Made by a program: the position numbers and the translations under genes
Part shown: positions 48,230 through 57,564 of the stretch, in pieces
Numbering within the stretch: the first letter of the stretch is position 1
How the letters are laid out: each line of letters begins with the position of its first letter
Notes under the pieces: generated by a model
Databases searched by the model: none
What the model saw: the letters and a program-made list of their open reading frames with translations, nothing else
What the model was told of the DNA's origin: nothing
Virus record (IMG/VR): IMGVR_UViG_3300011989_000257
Span: 64,001-128,000 of that record
DNA: 64,000 bases
Direction: 5' to 3' (one strand)
Origin: a virus
Lineage: Duplodnaviria; Caudoviricetes

Positions 48230-49259
48230 TAAAACGGGGTTTTTCAGCCACCTTCCAATCACTTGTGGTGATGAGATTGTATTGTTTGTGTGCGCTGACA
48301 CATATACTGGTAAATATAGAAAGGATGATACACCAATCGGTATAACATCTAGTGGTCTAGTACCAGTTGCTATGCCATTCTTTGGAAAATATAACGACTA
48401 TGGCGGTATTGAAAACGTTGTTGATGATGCCAACCATCAGTATTTTAGAGAGAAAGTCGGTATGGGAATTGATGAGTTCTGTGATATTATGGCAGACCAG
48501 AGTGGGCTTTCGATTGAATCTATGACAAAAGCCATTTTTCAAATCTCATATGGTGATGATGACGAAAACAAGTATCACCACGAAACCGTAGAAGATTATG
48601 AGAAAGGAATCAATATGCTGAAAACGGTTTTTGGATTTGAGCCAAAGAAAATGACAATGCACAACAGTGAGAACAATAATGAAGTTCAAGTGTTTTTGGA
48701 GAGAATGTATCAAGATGATTTGTATAAATTCAACAACGCATCACTTGTTTGCATTATGGAGCACAAATCCATATATGATAAAATGGTAGAGGTAGGCAAA
48801 AAAACATATTCAGAGGATTGGGTTTGGTATAGACCAGTTAAGCCAGAGGAAGCATTCGATTTCACTGTGAACTTCATAAAAGGAAATAATGAAGAACTTG
48901 CTGATGTGAATCCGTTACAGTTTGGTGTTGGGGCTTTACATAAGGTTGACCTTCCTGATAACGGAGAGAATGCTAGGAAGAATATGTACTTGATATTTGG
49001 TAACCATTGTATCTTATATGACACAGTATATGTAGATGACTTTGACCATTGTTTATATAATGGTATAGGTGCTAATATAGAGCCTATGAAAGAACTCGCT
49101 TGCAACTACGTGTATTTCCTAAGTGCATTTAAAAGTACGTGTACCACATTTAATTTGTCTCCTTATCACCATCAGTCAGTTGCATATGATATGCTTATCC
49201 CAATCTTTGAGGAGATTCTTGACACATTAAAGAAGCAAGCACACAAATATGATGAATAA
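48216..49259 (+). CDS. Hypothetical protein
   Basis: 347-aa ORF (MGCFN.TG..S.LPI...G.YNDYG). Confidence 0.75.
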   Translation: MGCFNKTGFFSHLPITCGDEIVLFVCADTYTGKYRKDDTPIGITSSGLVPVAMPFFGKYNDYGGIENVVDDANHQYFREKVGMGIDEFCDIMADQSGLSIESMTKAIFQISYGDDDENKYHHETVEDYEKGINMLKTVFGFEPKKMTMHNSENNNEVQVFLERMYQDDLYKFNNASLVCIMEHKSIYDKMVEVGKKTYSEDWVWYRPVKPEEAFDFTVNFIKGNNEELADVNPLQFGVGALHKVDLPDNGENARKNMYLIFGNHCILYDTVYVDDFDHCLYNGIGANIEPMKELACNYVYFLSAFKSTCTTFNLSPYHHQSVAYDMLIPIFEEILDTLKKQAHKYDE

Positions 49260-49344
49260 TAGTGAAAAAAAATGCTAAAAAATTTGGTTATTCCAATTTT
49301 TTTTCATATCTTTGCATTGAAATATAATTTTAAACAGATAAATA

Positions 49345-50181
49345 ATGGATAAAGAATTTGAATTTGCAGCCAAGAATTGGATTAACCAATATAGTGCTGA
49401 CATTAACAGTAAGGTAGAGAACCTTTTAAACGAGAACGATGCAACGCCAGAAGAGCTTGCTGAAGAGATTAATGTCGATGTTGAGGAAATCTACGACATT
49501 CTTGACGGTAATGCTGAAGATATTAGTGTTTATACATTAATTAAAATCTTCATGGTATTGGGTTTTGCAATTGAGATTAAGCCAATTGAAGACACACCAC
49601 TTGAGGCATACGATAATGTGAACCCTCATGTGTTGCGTGAGCCTCAGCCAAGTCCATTCACTAAGCCAATGGGCTGTTGCGGAAGACATGAGCATTGCGG
49701 TATGCCAATGCCTCCTCATGGCTTTGACCCACAAAATATTCCACCTCATATTCGTGAGAAGATTGAGCGTGAGTTGGGCATTAATCATGAAGAGCCTCAT
49801 GCACGTCCTCAGCGTCCAATGCATTCTGAACGTCCAATGCCAAGACAAGAGGAGAGACCTTCTTCTCCGTTTGCAGTGATGGGACGTGATGAATTGACTA
49901 AAATCATCACTAAGCACTTGTGGGATAGTGAGATTGACATCGAGAATGCGCCAAAGACTGCGCTTGTACGTTTCCTCGAAGAAAAGGATAAGAGAATGCA
50001 AGCCATTAAACGTGAGGCAAACTCGCCACGTGTCGAGAGAAGTGACGAGAAAAGAATTGAAGAACTTGAGAATGACCCAAAGGTAATGGATTTCATTAAC
50101 AAGATGAAGGGTACTTATAAGAACAACCCTCAGTTCCGTTCTTATGTCAATAGTTTCTTGGGCAAACTTGCTGAAGAATAA
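49345..50181 (+). CDS. Xre-type HTH protein with Pro-rich linker
   Basis: TPEELAEEINVDVEEIYDILDG...ISVYTLIKIF; own promoter and terminator. Confidence 0.65.
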   Translation: MDKEFEFAAKNWINQYSADINSKVENLLNENDATPEELAEEINVDVEEIYDILDGNAEDISVYTLIKIFMVLGFAIEIKPIEDTPLEAYDNVNPHVLREPQPSPFTKPMGCCGRHEHCGMPMPPHGFDPQNIPPHIREKIERELGINHEEPHARPQRPMHSERPMPRQEERPSSPFAVMGRDELTKIITKHLWDSEIDIENAPKTALVRFLEEKDKRMQAIKREANSPRVERSDEKRIEELENDPKVMDFINKMKGTYKNNPQFRSYVNSFLGKLAEE

Positions 50182-50193
50182 TAAGAAAATAAG

Positions 50194-50227
50194 ATGGAGT
50201 AGAAACGATTTCTACTCCATTTTTTTT
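50194..50227 (+). terminator. Intrinsic terminator
   Basis: atggagtagaaa-cga-tttctactccat followed by a T-run. Confidence 0.8.
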
Positions 50228-50283
50228 GCGCTATAATTTGGAATTTTAACATTTTTTATATATCTTTGCAAAAAGAAATAAAA

Positions 50284-52071
50284 ATGTCAAGAAAAAAGAA
50301 AGAAACTGAAAAAATAGAATACAAATGGAGTAAATTTCAAGAAGATATCTTTTCATGGATTGAACATGACCAAGGGCATCTTGTAGTGGAAGCCGTAGCT
50401 GGAAGTGGAAAAACAACCACTCTTGTAAAATGCTTGGACTTTATTAGTGATAAATGTAAAGTATTAATGAGCGCTTTCAATACTGACATTGTGACTGAAC
50501 TTAAAAAAAGAACAAAGGATAAAGATAATGTCGAAGTAAGAACCCTTCATGGGCTTGGGCTTCTTTTCATAAAAAGAAACATACCACAAGTTAGTGCGAT
50601 TCCAGAACCATTTAAATATGATTCATATATCAAAAATAATATTAAAGAATTAACATCAATAAATACATATACTTTAAAGGGAAGAGAATATTTCAGATAC
50701 ATTGAGAATATTAAGAAATATGTTGATTTTGGCAGATTTTATCTCTGTCAAACAGTTAAGGATTTGGAATTTATTGAGAACAGATATGCAATCGAGACAA
50801 TTGCAGATGAGAAGGAAGTTGCGCTAAAGGTTATGGAATGGGGCAAAAATACCCTAGAAACGATTGATTATACTGATATGGTATGGTTGCCCAATGTGCT
50901 GTTTTTAAAGCCTCTAGGACTGTTATATGACTTCATATTTATTGATGAGTGCCAAGATATGAACAAAGCAGAAAGGGAGTTAGTACTTAAATGTTTTAAA
51001 ATGGGTACTAGGATGGTATCAACTGGAGACAGGAGTCAAATGCTATATGCATTTAGTGGGGGTGACCCAGAATCATTCAACGCTCTTAAATCCATACCAA
51101 ATACGAAGTGCCTCCCATTGAGCATATCATATAGATGCGGTAAAAATATCGTAGATTTTGCCAAAAAAATAGTACCTACAATTGAGTCTGCCGACAATGC
51201 AGTAGATGGACAAATTATAAGAAATGTGCCGTTGGATGCTGTTAAAGATGGTGACATGATTCTATGTAGAAATAATGCTCCATTGGTACAAATTTACAAT
51301 GAATTCCTAAAGTTGGGTAAGAAAGCATTTATAAGAGGAAAAGATATTGGTAATAACTTAAAGGCGATTGTCAAAAGTACGAAACAAGATAAACTCAATG
51401 TAGATTGTAGAGAAGATGGAGTATTTGTGAGGCTGTATGATGATTTATTTGTTTCTAGGAATAAGTTAATGGAAAAATTTGGAATAGATGCTGAAACTGC
51501 CATGAACTCACCCCAATTGCAGAATAAGATTGATATGATTAATGCCCTCGAAATACTTGCAGAAGGAATCAATACCTCTGAGGAGATTATTGATAAGATT
51601 GATGAAATTTTTCCAAAGAGGGATAAAAAAGACGGAATCTCTCTATCAACCATACATAAGGCAAAAGGCTTGGAAGCAAATAACGTATATATTGCTTGTG
51701 AATCATTAATGCCAAGCAAGTCTGCCAAAAAAGACTGGGAAATACGTCAAGAATACAATCTTATGTATGTGGCTTATACAAGGGCAAAGAATACATTAGG
51801 TTTCATTGATGAAAAAGATTTTGAAAAATTTGATACGTCAAATGTGAATAGCATTGCTACGTTAAGAAGGATTGAATATCAAGTAAATAAGGTACTTGGT
51901 AAAACAACAAAAGTTATAATCAATGAAGAAACTGCAAAGGCAATAGTAGCTAACGCAAAAGATATAGATAAAACAATATTTACAAGTTCAACAATTGACT
52001 TTAACACAAAGAAAAATAATAAGAGAAGGATTAATTCTTTCTCAAGTATATTAAAAAATAAGAGAAAATGA
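50284..52071 (+). CDS. UvrD/Rep-family SF1 helicase
   Basis: AVAGSGKTT, TLH, IDECQD, GD..Q..Y.F.G, SYRC, STIHKAKGLE, YVAYTRAK. Confidence 0.92.
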   Translation: MSRKKKETEKIEYKWSKFQEDIFSWIEHDQGHLVVEAVAGSGKTTTLVKCLDFISDKCKVLMSAFNTDIVTELKKRTKDKDNVEVRTLHGLGLLFIKRNIPQVSAIPEPFKYDSYIKNNIKELTSINTYTLKGREYFRYIENIKKYVDFGRFYLCQTVKDLEFIENRYAIETIADEKEVALKVMEWGKNTLETIDYTDMVWLPNVLFLKPLGLLYDFIFIDECQDMNKAERELVLKCFKMGTRMVSTGDRSQMLYAFSGGDPESFNALKSIPNTKCLPLSISYRCGKNIVDFAKKIVPTIESADNAVDGQIIRNVPLDAVKDGDMILCRNNAPLVQIYNEFLKLGKKAFIRGKDIGNNLKAIVKSTKQDKLNVDCREDGVFVRLYDDLFVSRNKLMEKFGIDAETAMNSPQLQNKIDMINALEILAEGINTSEEIIDKIDEIFPKRDKKDGISLSTIHKAKGLEANNVYIACESLMPSKSAKKDWEIRQEYNLMYVAYTRAKNTLGFIDEKDFEKFDTSNVNSIATLRRIEYQVNKVLGKTTKVIINEETAKAIVANAKDIDKTIFTSSTIDFNTKKNNKRRINSFSSILKNKRK

Positions 52072-52370
52072 ATAACAATAAAGTAGTAAAAATTATTGAC
52101 TTCAGTGCTAGTTGGTGTGGGCCTTGCCGTGCCTTCGCTAGCACATTCAAGAGAGTATCCGAAATGGATGAGTATAAAGGTATTGAATTTAAAAGCATAG
52201 ACATTGAAAATGATGAAGATGGAGAACTAATGGTTGAAAAATACCAGATTAGGTCAGTCCCTACAATTGTATTATTAGACGAAAACAATGATGTAATTTA
52301 TAAACTTATGGGGAATGTCTCGTTAAAAGATTTCATTGAAATCATAAATAAAGCATTAGAAGATAGGTAA
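52068..52370 (+). CDS. Thioredoxin
   Basis: WCGPC and IRSVPT motifs. Confidence 0.92.
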   Translation: MNNNKVVKIIDFSASWCGPCRAFASTFKRVSEMDEYKGIEFKSIDIENDEDGELMVEKYQIRSVPTIVLLDENNDVIYKLMGNVSLKDFIEIINKALEDR

Positions 52371-52372
52371 AT

Positions 52373-53233
52373 ATGATTATTGGATTCTGCGGTAGGATGC
52401 GTTCAGGAAAAACTGAGTTAGCCAAAATATGCGAGAGGTATGGTTATCAAAAACTATATTTTGCATTACCATTAAAGCAATTATGTGCAAGTTTAATAGA
52501 TGTTTCTGTTGAAGAACTTAATCGTTTGAAAAATGATAATGTTGAAATTTCATTACAATTAGGCGATGACATATGTACTATTTTATCAGAAGAGACAGAA
52601 ATACCATTGGAAGAAGTAGAGAAGATTTGCTATGGTAAAACAATGCATACAGTTAGGGAAATGCTGCAATTTATTGGTACTGACTTAATAAGGAAGTATA
52701 ATATGGATTGGCATGTGAACAGAATACGTCAAATGATTAATAAGGATATGAATTATGTTATTGATGATGTAAGATTCCCAAATGAGAAAGCACTCATCGA
52801 GGAACTTGGTGGCGATTGTTGGTTCATTACACGTACCACATTGGACAATATATCAAATCACGAATCCGAAACATCTATAACATGGAATGATTGTTGGAAT
52901 AAAATTATAATAAATGACTCTACGTTACCTATTCTACAGTTTAAGTGGGAAACTTTCATGGATAATTACATACAGTCTTGCGCCATTAGGGATAAAGAGT
53001 TTGAAAGAATATTGGAAGATGGTTCTGAGAATGAAATAACACCATTATCCATATATGATATGATGCTTTTATCAAAAGACTTCTTTACATATTCCCACAA
53101 AGATATTGATAAAGATAAAGTTAGCAAGATTGTACTGAATGAAGATAAGACAGTGTTCATAACATATAAAGATGGTTCGATGGAAGTTATAGATAACGCA
53201 CTTCAGATAGAAGACCTAAAAATATTGTGCTAA
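52373..53233 (+). CDS. Deoxynucleoside monophosphate kinase (T4 gp1-like)
   Basis: G.MRSGKT, FALPLK, REMLQFIGTD, DDVRFPNE, HESE. Confidence 0.85.
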   Translation: MIIGFCGRMRSGKTELAKICERYGYQKLYFALPLKQLCASLIDVSVEELNRLKNDNVEISLQLGDDICTILSEETEIPLEEVEKICYGKTMHTVREMLQFIGTDLIRKYNMDWHVNRIRQMINKDMNYVIDDVRFPNEKALIEELGGDCWFITRTTLDNISNHESETSITWNDCWNKIIINDSTLPILQFKWETFMDNYIQSCAIRDKEFERILEDGSENEITPLSIYDMMLLSKDFFTYSHKDIDKDKVSKIVLNEDKTVFITYKDGSMEVIDNALQIEDLKILC

Positions 53234-53302
53234 CATTTTTTTAACATCAAATATTTGGAATATTAAAAAATTATCTATATATTTGCCAAAATATGATAAA
53301 TT

Positions 53303-53926
53303 ATGTCAGTAAAAGTAGATTTTAAATATGAAAAAGGAGATAAAATATTCTTTGTGAGTGATACGCATTACGGGCATTCAAACATTCTTAAGTTCTGTGA
53401 CCGTCCATTCAAGGATGTTGAGGAAATGAATCAGAAACTCATCGAGAATTGGAACAAAAAAGTGCCTCAAGATGGATTAGTTTTCCACCTTGGGGACTTT
53501 GCATGGGGAGGATATGAGTTCTGGAAAAAAATAAGAGAACAACTTAACGGTGACATCATACTTATTAAAGGGAATCATGACCAACGTAATATGTCTACAA
53601 AAGCCGAAGAAGAATTATTCAAGTATGTGTCATGGCAGATGTTGATAGAGATAGAAGGTAGGAAAGTATGGCTTAACCATTATCCTTTCCTTTGTTATGC
53701 TGGAGTTTATCGTGAGCCAAATAAACTATCATTTCAAGCATACGGTCATTGCCATTCTGGACCAAATAAACAAGGACAAGACATACCTAGATTGGTCAAC
53801 TGTTTCCCAACCCAATATGATGTTGGTGTGGATAATAATGATTATGAACCGATATCATGGGCTGAATTTAATGAAAAAATACAAACGCAATTATTAAAAA
53901 GCAAATATAATGTCAAAGAGGGCTAA
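53303..53926 (+). CDS. Calcineurin-like metallophosphoesterase
   Basis: SDTH, HLGDF, GNHD, HYP, GHCH, DVGVD. Confidence 0.88.
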   Translation: MSVKVDFKYEKGDKIFFVSDTHYGHSNILKFCDRPFKDVEEMNQKLIENWNKKVPQDGLVFHLGDFAWGGYEFWKKIREQLNGDIILIKGNHDQRNMSTKAEEELFKYVSWQMLIEIEGRKVWLNHYPFLCYAGVYREPNKLSFQAYGHCHSGPNKQGQDIPRLVNCFPTQYDVGVDNNDYEPISWAEFNEKIQTQLLKSKYNVKEG

Positions 53927-54293
53927 AGTAATCTATATTGATACTGTCACACGTGAATTCATTAAATTTGCGAAAACAATGGGAATATTCCCAAATATTT
54001 GCAAATTGTTCTTTAATGTGGTCAGAGGGACTAGTGCTCACTACTACTTCCTAGAACAAGATAAAGATGCAACAAATAATATTTCGTATTATTTCACGAA
54101 TGGTTCTTTCTACGAATACGCAAGAGATAATGGAATGTACTTTTATACATTGAATGATGGCTTTATCAAGAGAGTATATTTATTTGAAGGTTATTATTTA
54201 AAACCGTTTGAAAACTCTGATATACTTGCTGACTTATTTTTGTCTCATTTGAAAGATAAGGGATACTTAAGATACATAAAATTAATACATTAA
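53910..54293 (+). CDS. Hypothetical protein (paralog of 54323-54703)
   Basis: EFIKFAKTMG...LFLSHLKDK. Confidence 0.65.
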   Translation: MSKRAKVIYIDTVTREFIKFAKTMGIFPNICKLFFNVVRGTSAHYYFLEQDKDATNNISYYFTNGSFYEYARDNGMYFYTLNDGFIKRVYLFEGYYLKPFENSDILADLFLSHLKDKGYLRYIKLIH

Positions 54294-54322
54294 TAGATTT
54301 AAAACCCCCCAGATATGAAAAC

Positions 54323-54703
54323 ATGAGATGGATTGATAAACCTAGGAAAAAAACTAGGAGGGAAATTGTACTAGAGTACATCAAATTTATGAAGATTATG
54401 GGTTACTACAATAAACTAGTTGCCCACATGTATACGGTTGCAAAAGATGAAAGGCTACATGTGTATGTAAAGGGAAAGTATTGTGAAGCAAAGGTACTTT
54501 GTCACAAACAATGTATGATTAGCTATTTTGAAACTGAACTAAGGAATCATAACAGAAACACCAAACTTCTTGAATGGGTTGTTAGGGATTACTTTATCAG
54601 ATATCCGTTGGCAATGAATATAAATGAGGGATATAACTTGACAGCCCTTCTATTCTCTTACTTCAAGGATAAGCATATTGATAATTGTATAATAGTTGAT
54701 TAA
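54323..54703 (+). CDS. Hypothetical protein (paralog of 53910-54293)
   Basis: EYIKFMKIMG...LLFSYFKDK. Confidence 0.65.
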   Translation: MRWIDKPRKKTRREIVLEYIKFMKIMGYYNKLVAHMYTVAKDERLHVYVKGKYCEAKVLCHKQCMISYFETELRNHNRNTKLLEWVVRDYFIRYPLAMNINEGYNLTALLFSYFKDKHIDNCIIVD

Positions 54704-54706
54704 AAA

Positions 54707-55456
54707 ATGACTAAACTACTACTAATACCAGACGTTCATGGCCGCAAGTTTTGGAAGGATGCCATTGAAAAACACTTTGATGAATGCAACAAGGTGATAT
54801 TTCTTGGAGATTATTTGGATGCATATCCAGATGAAGAGATAACAAGAAAACAAGAAAAAAATAACTTTGCAGAGATATTAAAGTTAAAGGAAAATAATAA
54901 AGATAAGGTGATACTTCTTCTAGGGAATCACTGTTATCATTATATCCATAGAGATTTCACAAGGTCAACAAGATTTTCATCTAGTAATGCATACAGTTAC
55001 AAGGAAATGTTCTTATCCCATGAATCATTTTTCAAAATTGCGCATGAGGAAATGATAAATGACAAAAAATACCTTTTCACACATGCTGGAGTTATGAAAT
55101 CTTGGTATGAGAGGAATAAGGAAATAATAGGAAAACTTAATGCTGATAATTTAAATAAACTGCAAGGGTTTAAAAGAGGTGTTGCGGCATTGGCTGAAGT
55201 GTCAAAATACCGTTTTTGGCTTGGGGAAAAAAGTGGAAGTCCATTATGGTCAGATGTAAGAGAAAAAATTGATGATAATAAATCTGAAATTGACCACGTT
55301 GTTGAAAATGAGGATTCTTACGTTGACGAATTCGACTATCAAATATTCGGACATACGCAATTGACGGAAAATCCAATAATAACAGATAAATGGGCTTGCA
55401 TTGATTGCAGACGTGCATTCATACTAAATGATGAAGGAAACTTAGAAGAGGTTTAA
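54707..55456 (+). CDS. Metallophosphoesterase (protein phosphatase-like)
   Basis: DVHG, GDYLD, GNH, THAG, QIFGHT. Confidence 0.87.
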   Translation: MTKLLLIPDVHGRKFWKDAIEKHFDECNKVIFLGDYLDAYPDEEITRKQEKNNFAEILKLKENNKDKVILLLGNHCYHYIHRDFTRSTRFSSSNAYSYKEMFLSHESFFKIAHEEMINDKKYLFTHAGVMKSWYERNKEIIGKLNADNLNKLQGFKRGVAALAEVSKYRFWLGEKSGSPLWSDVREKIDDNKSEIDHVVENEDSYVDEFDYQIFGHTQLTENPIITDKWACIDCRRAFILNDEGNLEEV

Positions 55457-55537
55457 GATTAATTTCTTAAACCTTTTTTTATACCCAAAAATTTGGAATT
55501 TTAACTTTTTTTACATATCTTTGCAAAAAATTAAAAT

Positions 55538-55717
55538 ATGAGATTGCAAATACCAAAAAGAGTTAATATAACAAGTATCACACTACCACCTTTTTTTCAA
55601 AACTGCCTTGTTACAAATACAAGAGTTGATGGCAATCAATTAATAATCACCTACCTAGTTGTTGATACATTGCAAGAAATAACTTTAGACTTAACAGATA
55701 TAATAACAAATGAGTAA
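55538..55717 (+). CDS. Small hypothetical protein (59 aa)
   Basis: MRLQIPKRV... behind a TATCTTTG promoter; overlaps the ABC ATPase start. Confidence 0.55.
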   Translation: MRLQIPKRVNITSITLPPFFQNCLVTNTRVDGNQLIITYLVVDTLQEITLDLTDIITNE

Positions 55718-56426
55718 AATTACACTAGAAAGCAAAATTGTCAACGACAACTATACGAATTTCTTGTATGAATCGTATGATATCCAAGACAAAGAAAAAA
55801 CTGTGACAGAAGTACCAATCCCTTCAAAGGAAGATATGGAAGAAATGAATAAGGATAATTGGAATATCCTTTTAATCTGCGGAAAGAGTGGTAGCGGAAA
55901 ATCTACCATATTGAGAGAAATATATGGTGATGTAAAACCAATTGAATATGACCATGATAAATGTGTTATAAGCCAATTCCCAAGGCTATCTGAAGAGGAA
56001 GCATGCGACTTGTTATCAAGTATGGGTCTTGCATCTGTTCCCACATGGCTCAGAAAGCCCCAAGAACTCTCCAATGGTGAAAGAGCAAGGTTGGACATTG
56101 CAAAGGCAATATATGACGCAAATGGAGGCATTGTAGTCCTAGATGAATATACGTCAGTTGTAAACCGTAGTGCAGCAAAGAGTATGAGTTTCGCATTACA
56201 GAGATACGCAAGGCAGAAAGGTCTTAAAATAATAATAGCCTCTTGCCACTTTGATATTATAGAATGGCTGCAACCAGATTATGTATTCAATTTGGAGCAT
56301 AGAGATGAGAATGGAGAAGTTGAAATGGAAAAAATGATATACAATGATGATACTAATTACAATGTATATCAGTCACCAAGAGAAATAGATATACTAACTG
56401 AAGCAATAGAAATACCGCAATCATGA
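55710..56426 (+). CDS. Soluble ABC-family ATPase
   Basis: GKSGSGKS, LSNGE signature, LDEYTSVV, ASCH; no membrane partner nearby. Confidence 0.88.
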   Translation: MSKITLESKIVNDNYTNFLYESYDIQDKEKTVTEVPIPSKEDMEEMNKDNWNILLICGKSGSGKSTILREIYGDVKPIEYDHDKCVISQFPRLSEEEACDLLSSMGLASVPTWLRKPQELSNGERARLDIAKAIYDANGGIVVLDEYTSVVNRSAAKSMSFALQRYARQKGLKIIIASCHFDIIEWLQPDYVFNLEHRDENGEVEMEKMIYNDDTNYNVYQSPREIDILTEAIEIPQS

Positions 56427-56698
56427 GATTAGAGATACCAAAAAAATACAAGAGTTTTAAAGATTACTGTACAGTTACTAGAGTTGAAAATCTTTTGTTT
56501 GATTATGATGCGTCATTTGGGGATTATGCAACATATTCAGACAATGTTCTATATCAAACAAGAATCGACGAGATGCTTGAATATATCAATAGTATCAATG
56601 AAACCATATACACTCATGCTAGTATACCTGGTTCGTATTATGTTGTCTCTCAACCAGTAGCAAATTACTTTACAACAGCAGCAACATCGGCGTATTAA
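56423..56698 (+). CDS. Hypothetical protein
   Basis: ATGA overlap; MRLEIPKK N-terminus resembling 55538-55717. Confidence 0.6.
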   Translation: MRLEIPKKYKSFKDYCTVTRVENLLFDYDASFGDYATYSDNVLYQTRIDEMLEYINSINETIYTHASIPGSYYVVSQPVANYFTTAATSAY

Positions 56699-56722
56699 AT
56701 AATAAGGAAAAAATTATGGAAA

Positions 56723-57316
56723 GTGAAGATTATAAAGGTTAATCACAAGAAAGGTCAAAGACCAGAAATTAAGTTAACAGTTAGGAGAGTAGAACCTACT
56801 GTATTTTGGAGTGGAGGCTTTGCCAAAGAGCATTATTTGAGGGCTGATATTAATAAATCTTGCAAATGTTTATTATTTGAATGGAATGGTGTTCCAGTTG
56901 CATTTGTCGGAATCCTCAATACGCCAAGAAAGGGAATACCATATGGATGCTCAATATCTAGAATAGTGATACTGCCAGATTTTCAAGGGATAGGACTTAG
57001 TACACAGATATTCAATTTCTGTGGAGGCATCGTTAAATCATTGTCAGATGATGAACATGACTATAGATTATACATTAAGACAGCGCATAGGAAATTCGGT
57101 GAGGCCTTGGGTAGAAATCCGAACGTAAGAGCCACAATGTTTGATGGTAAAGGCAGAGATAAAAAGGCAATTGAGCATGACAATCACAGATACCGCAACA
57201 GATTGCAAAGAGTTAGTTATTGCAAGGAATTTATCGGTGATAAGATAGATGGATTCCAAGATATGTTGAAACCTATTAATGAATTAAGAAAAGAGAAATC
57301 AAAAAATAGACCTTGA
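56723..57316 (+). CDS. GNAT acetyltransferase associated with the ABC ATPase
   Basis: F...HYL, ISRIVILPDFQGIGL, KTAH motifs; start codon uncertain (GTG). Confidence 0.8.
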   Translation: MKIIKVNHKKGQRPEIKLTVRRVEPTVFWSGGFAKEHYLRADINKSCKCLLFEWNGVPVAFVGILNTPRKGIPYGCSISRIVILPDFQGIGLSTQIFNFCGGIVKSLSDDEHDYRLYIKTAHRKFGEALGRNPNVRATMFDGKGRDKKAIEHDNHRYRNRLQRVSYCKEFIGDKIDGFQDMLKPINELRKEKSKNRP

Positions 57317-57339
57317 TAATTTAAGGAGAGTGATTGATA

Positions 57340-57525
57340 TCATTCTCCTTTTTTCTTTAATTCCTCTATCAGTTTATTAGCATATTCAACAGCGATGTCT
57401 GCCACTTGTCTTTTAAATATGAACTGAAATATAAACACCATTATGCTACTACTTAGTATTGCATTCATAATATTGATGGATGCATTTATCCTCACTTCTT
57501 CCCAATTAACTGTTGAATTATCCAT
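57340..57525 (-). CDS. Small hypothetical protein
   Basis: W.E.RINASI..M.AIL...A..AV.YA..LIEELK; upstream ATATTTAT. Confidence 0.6.
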   Translation of the reverse strand: MDNSTVNWEEVRINASINIMNAILSSSIMVFIFQFIFKRQVADIAVEYANKLIEELKKKGE

Positions 57526-57564
57526 ATTAAATCTTATTATTTGTATATAAATATATTAAAGATT

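Noticed and set aside
55710-56426. ABC transporter
   Set aside because: No permease or binding protein nearby; context fits a soluble ATPase linked to a GNAT.
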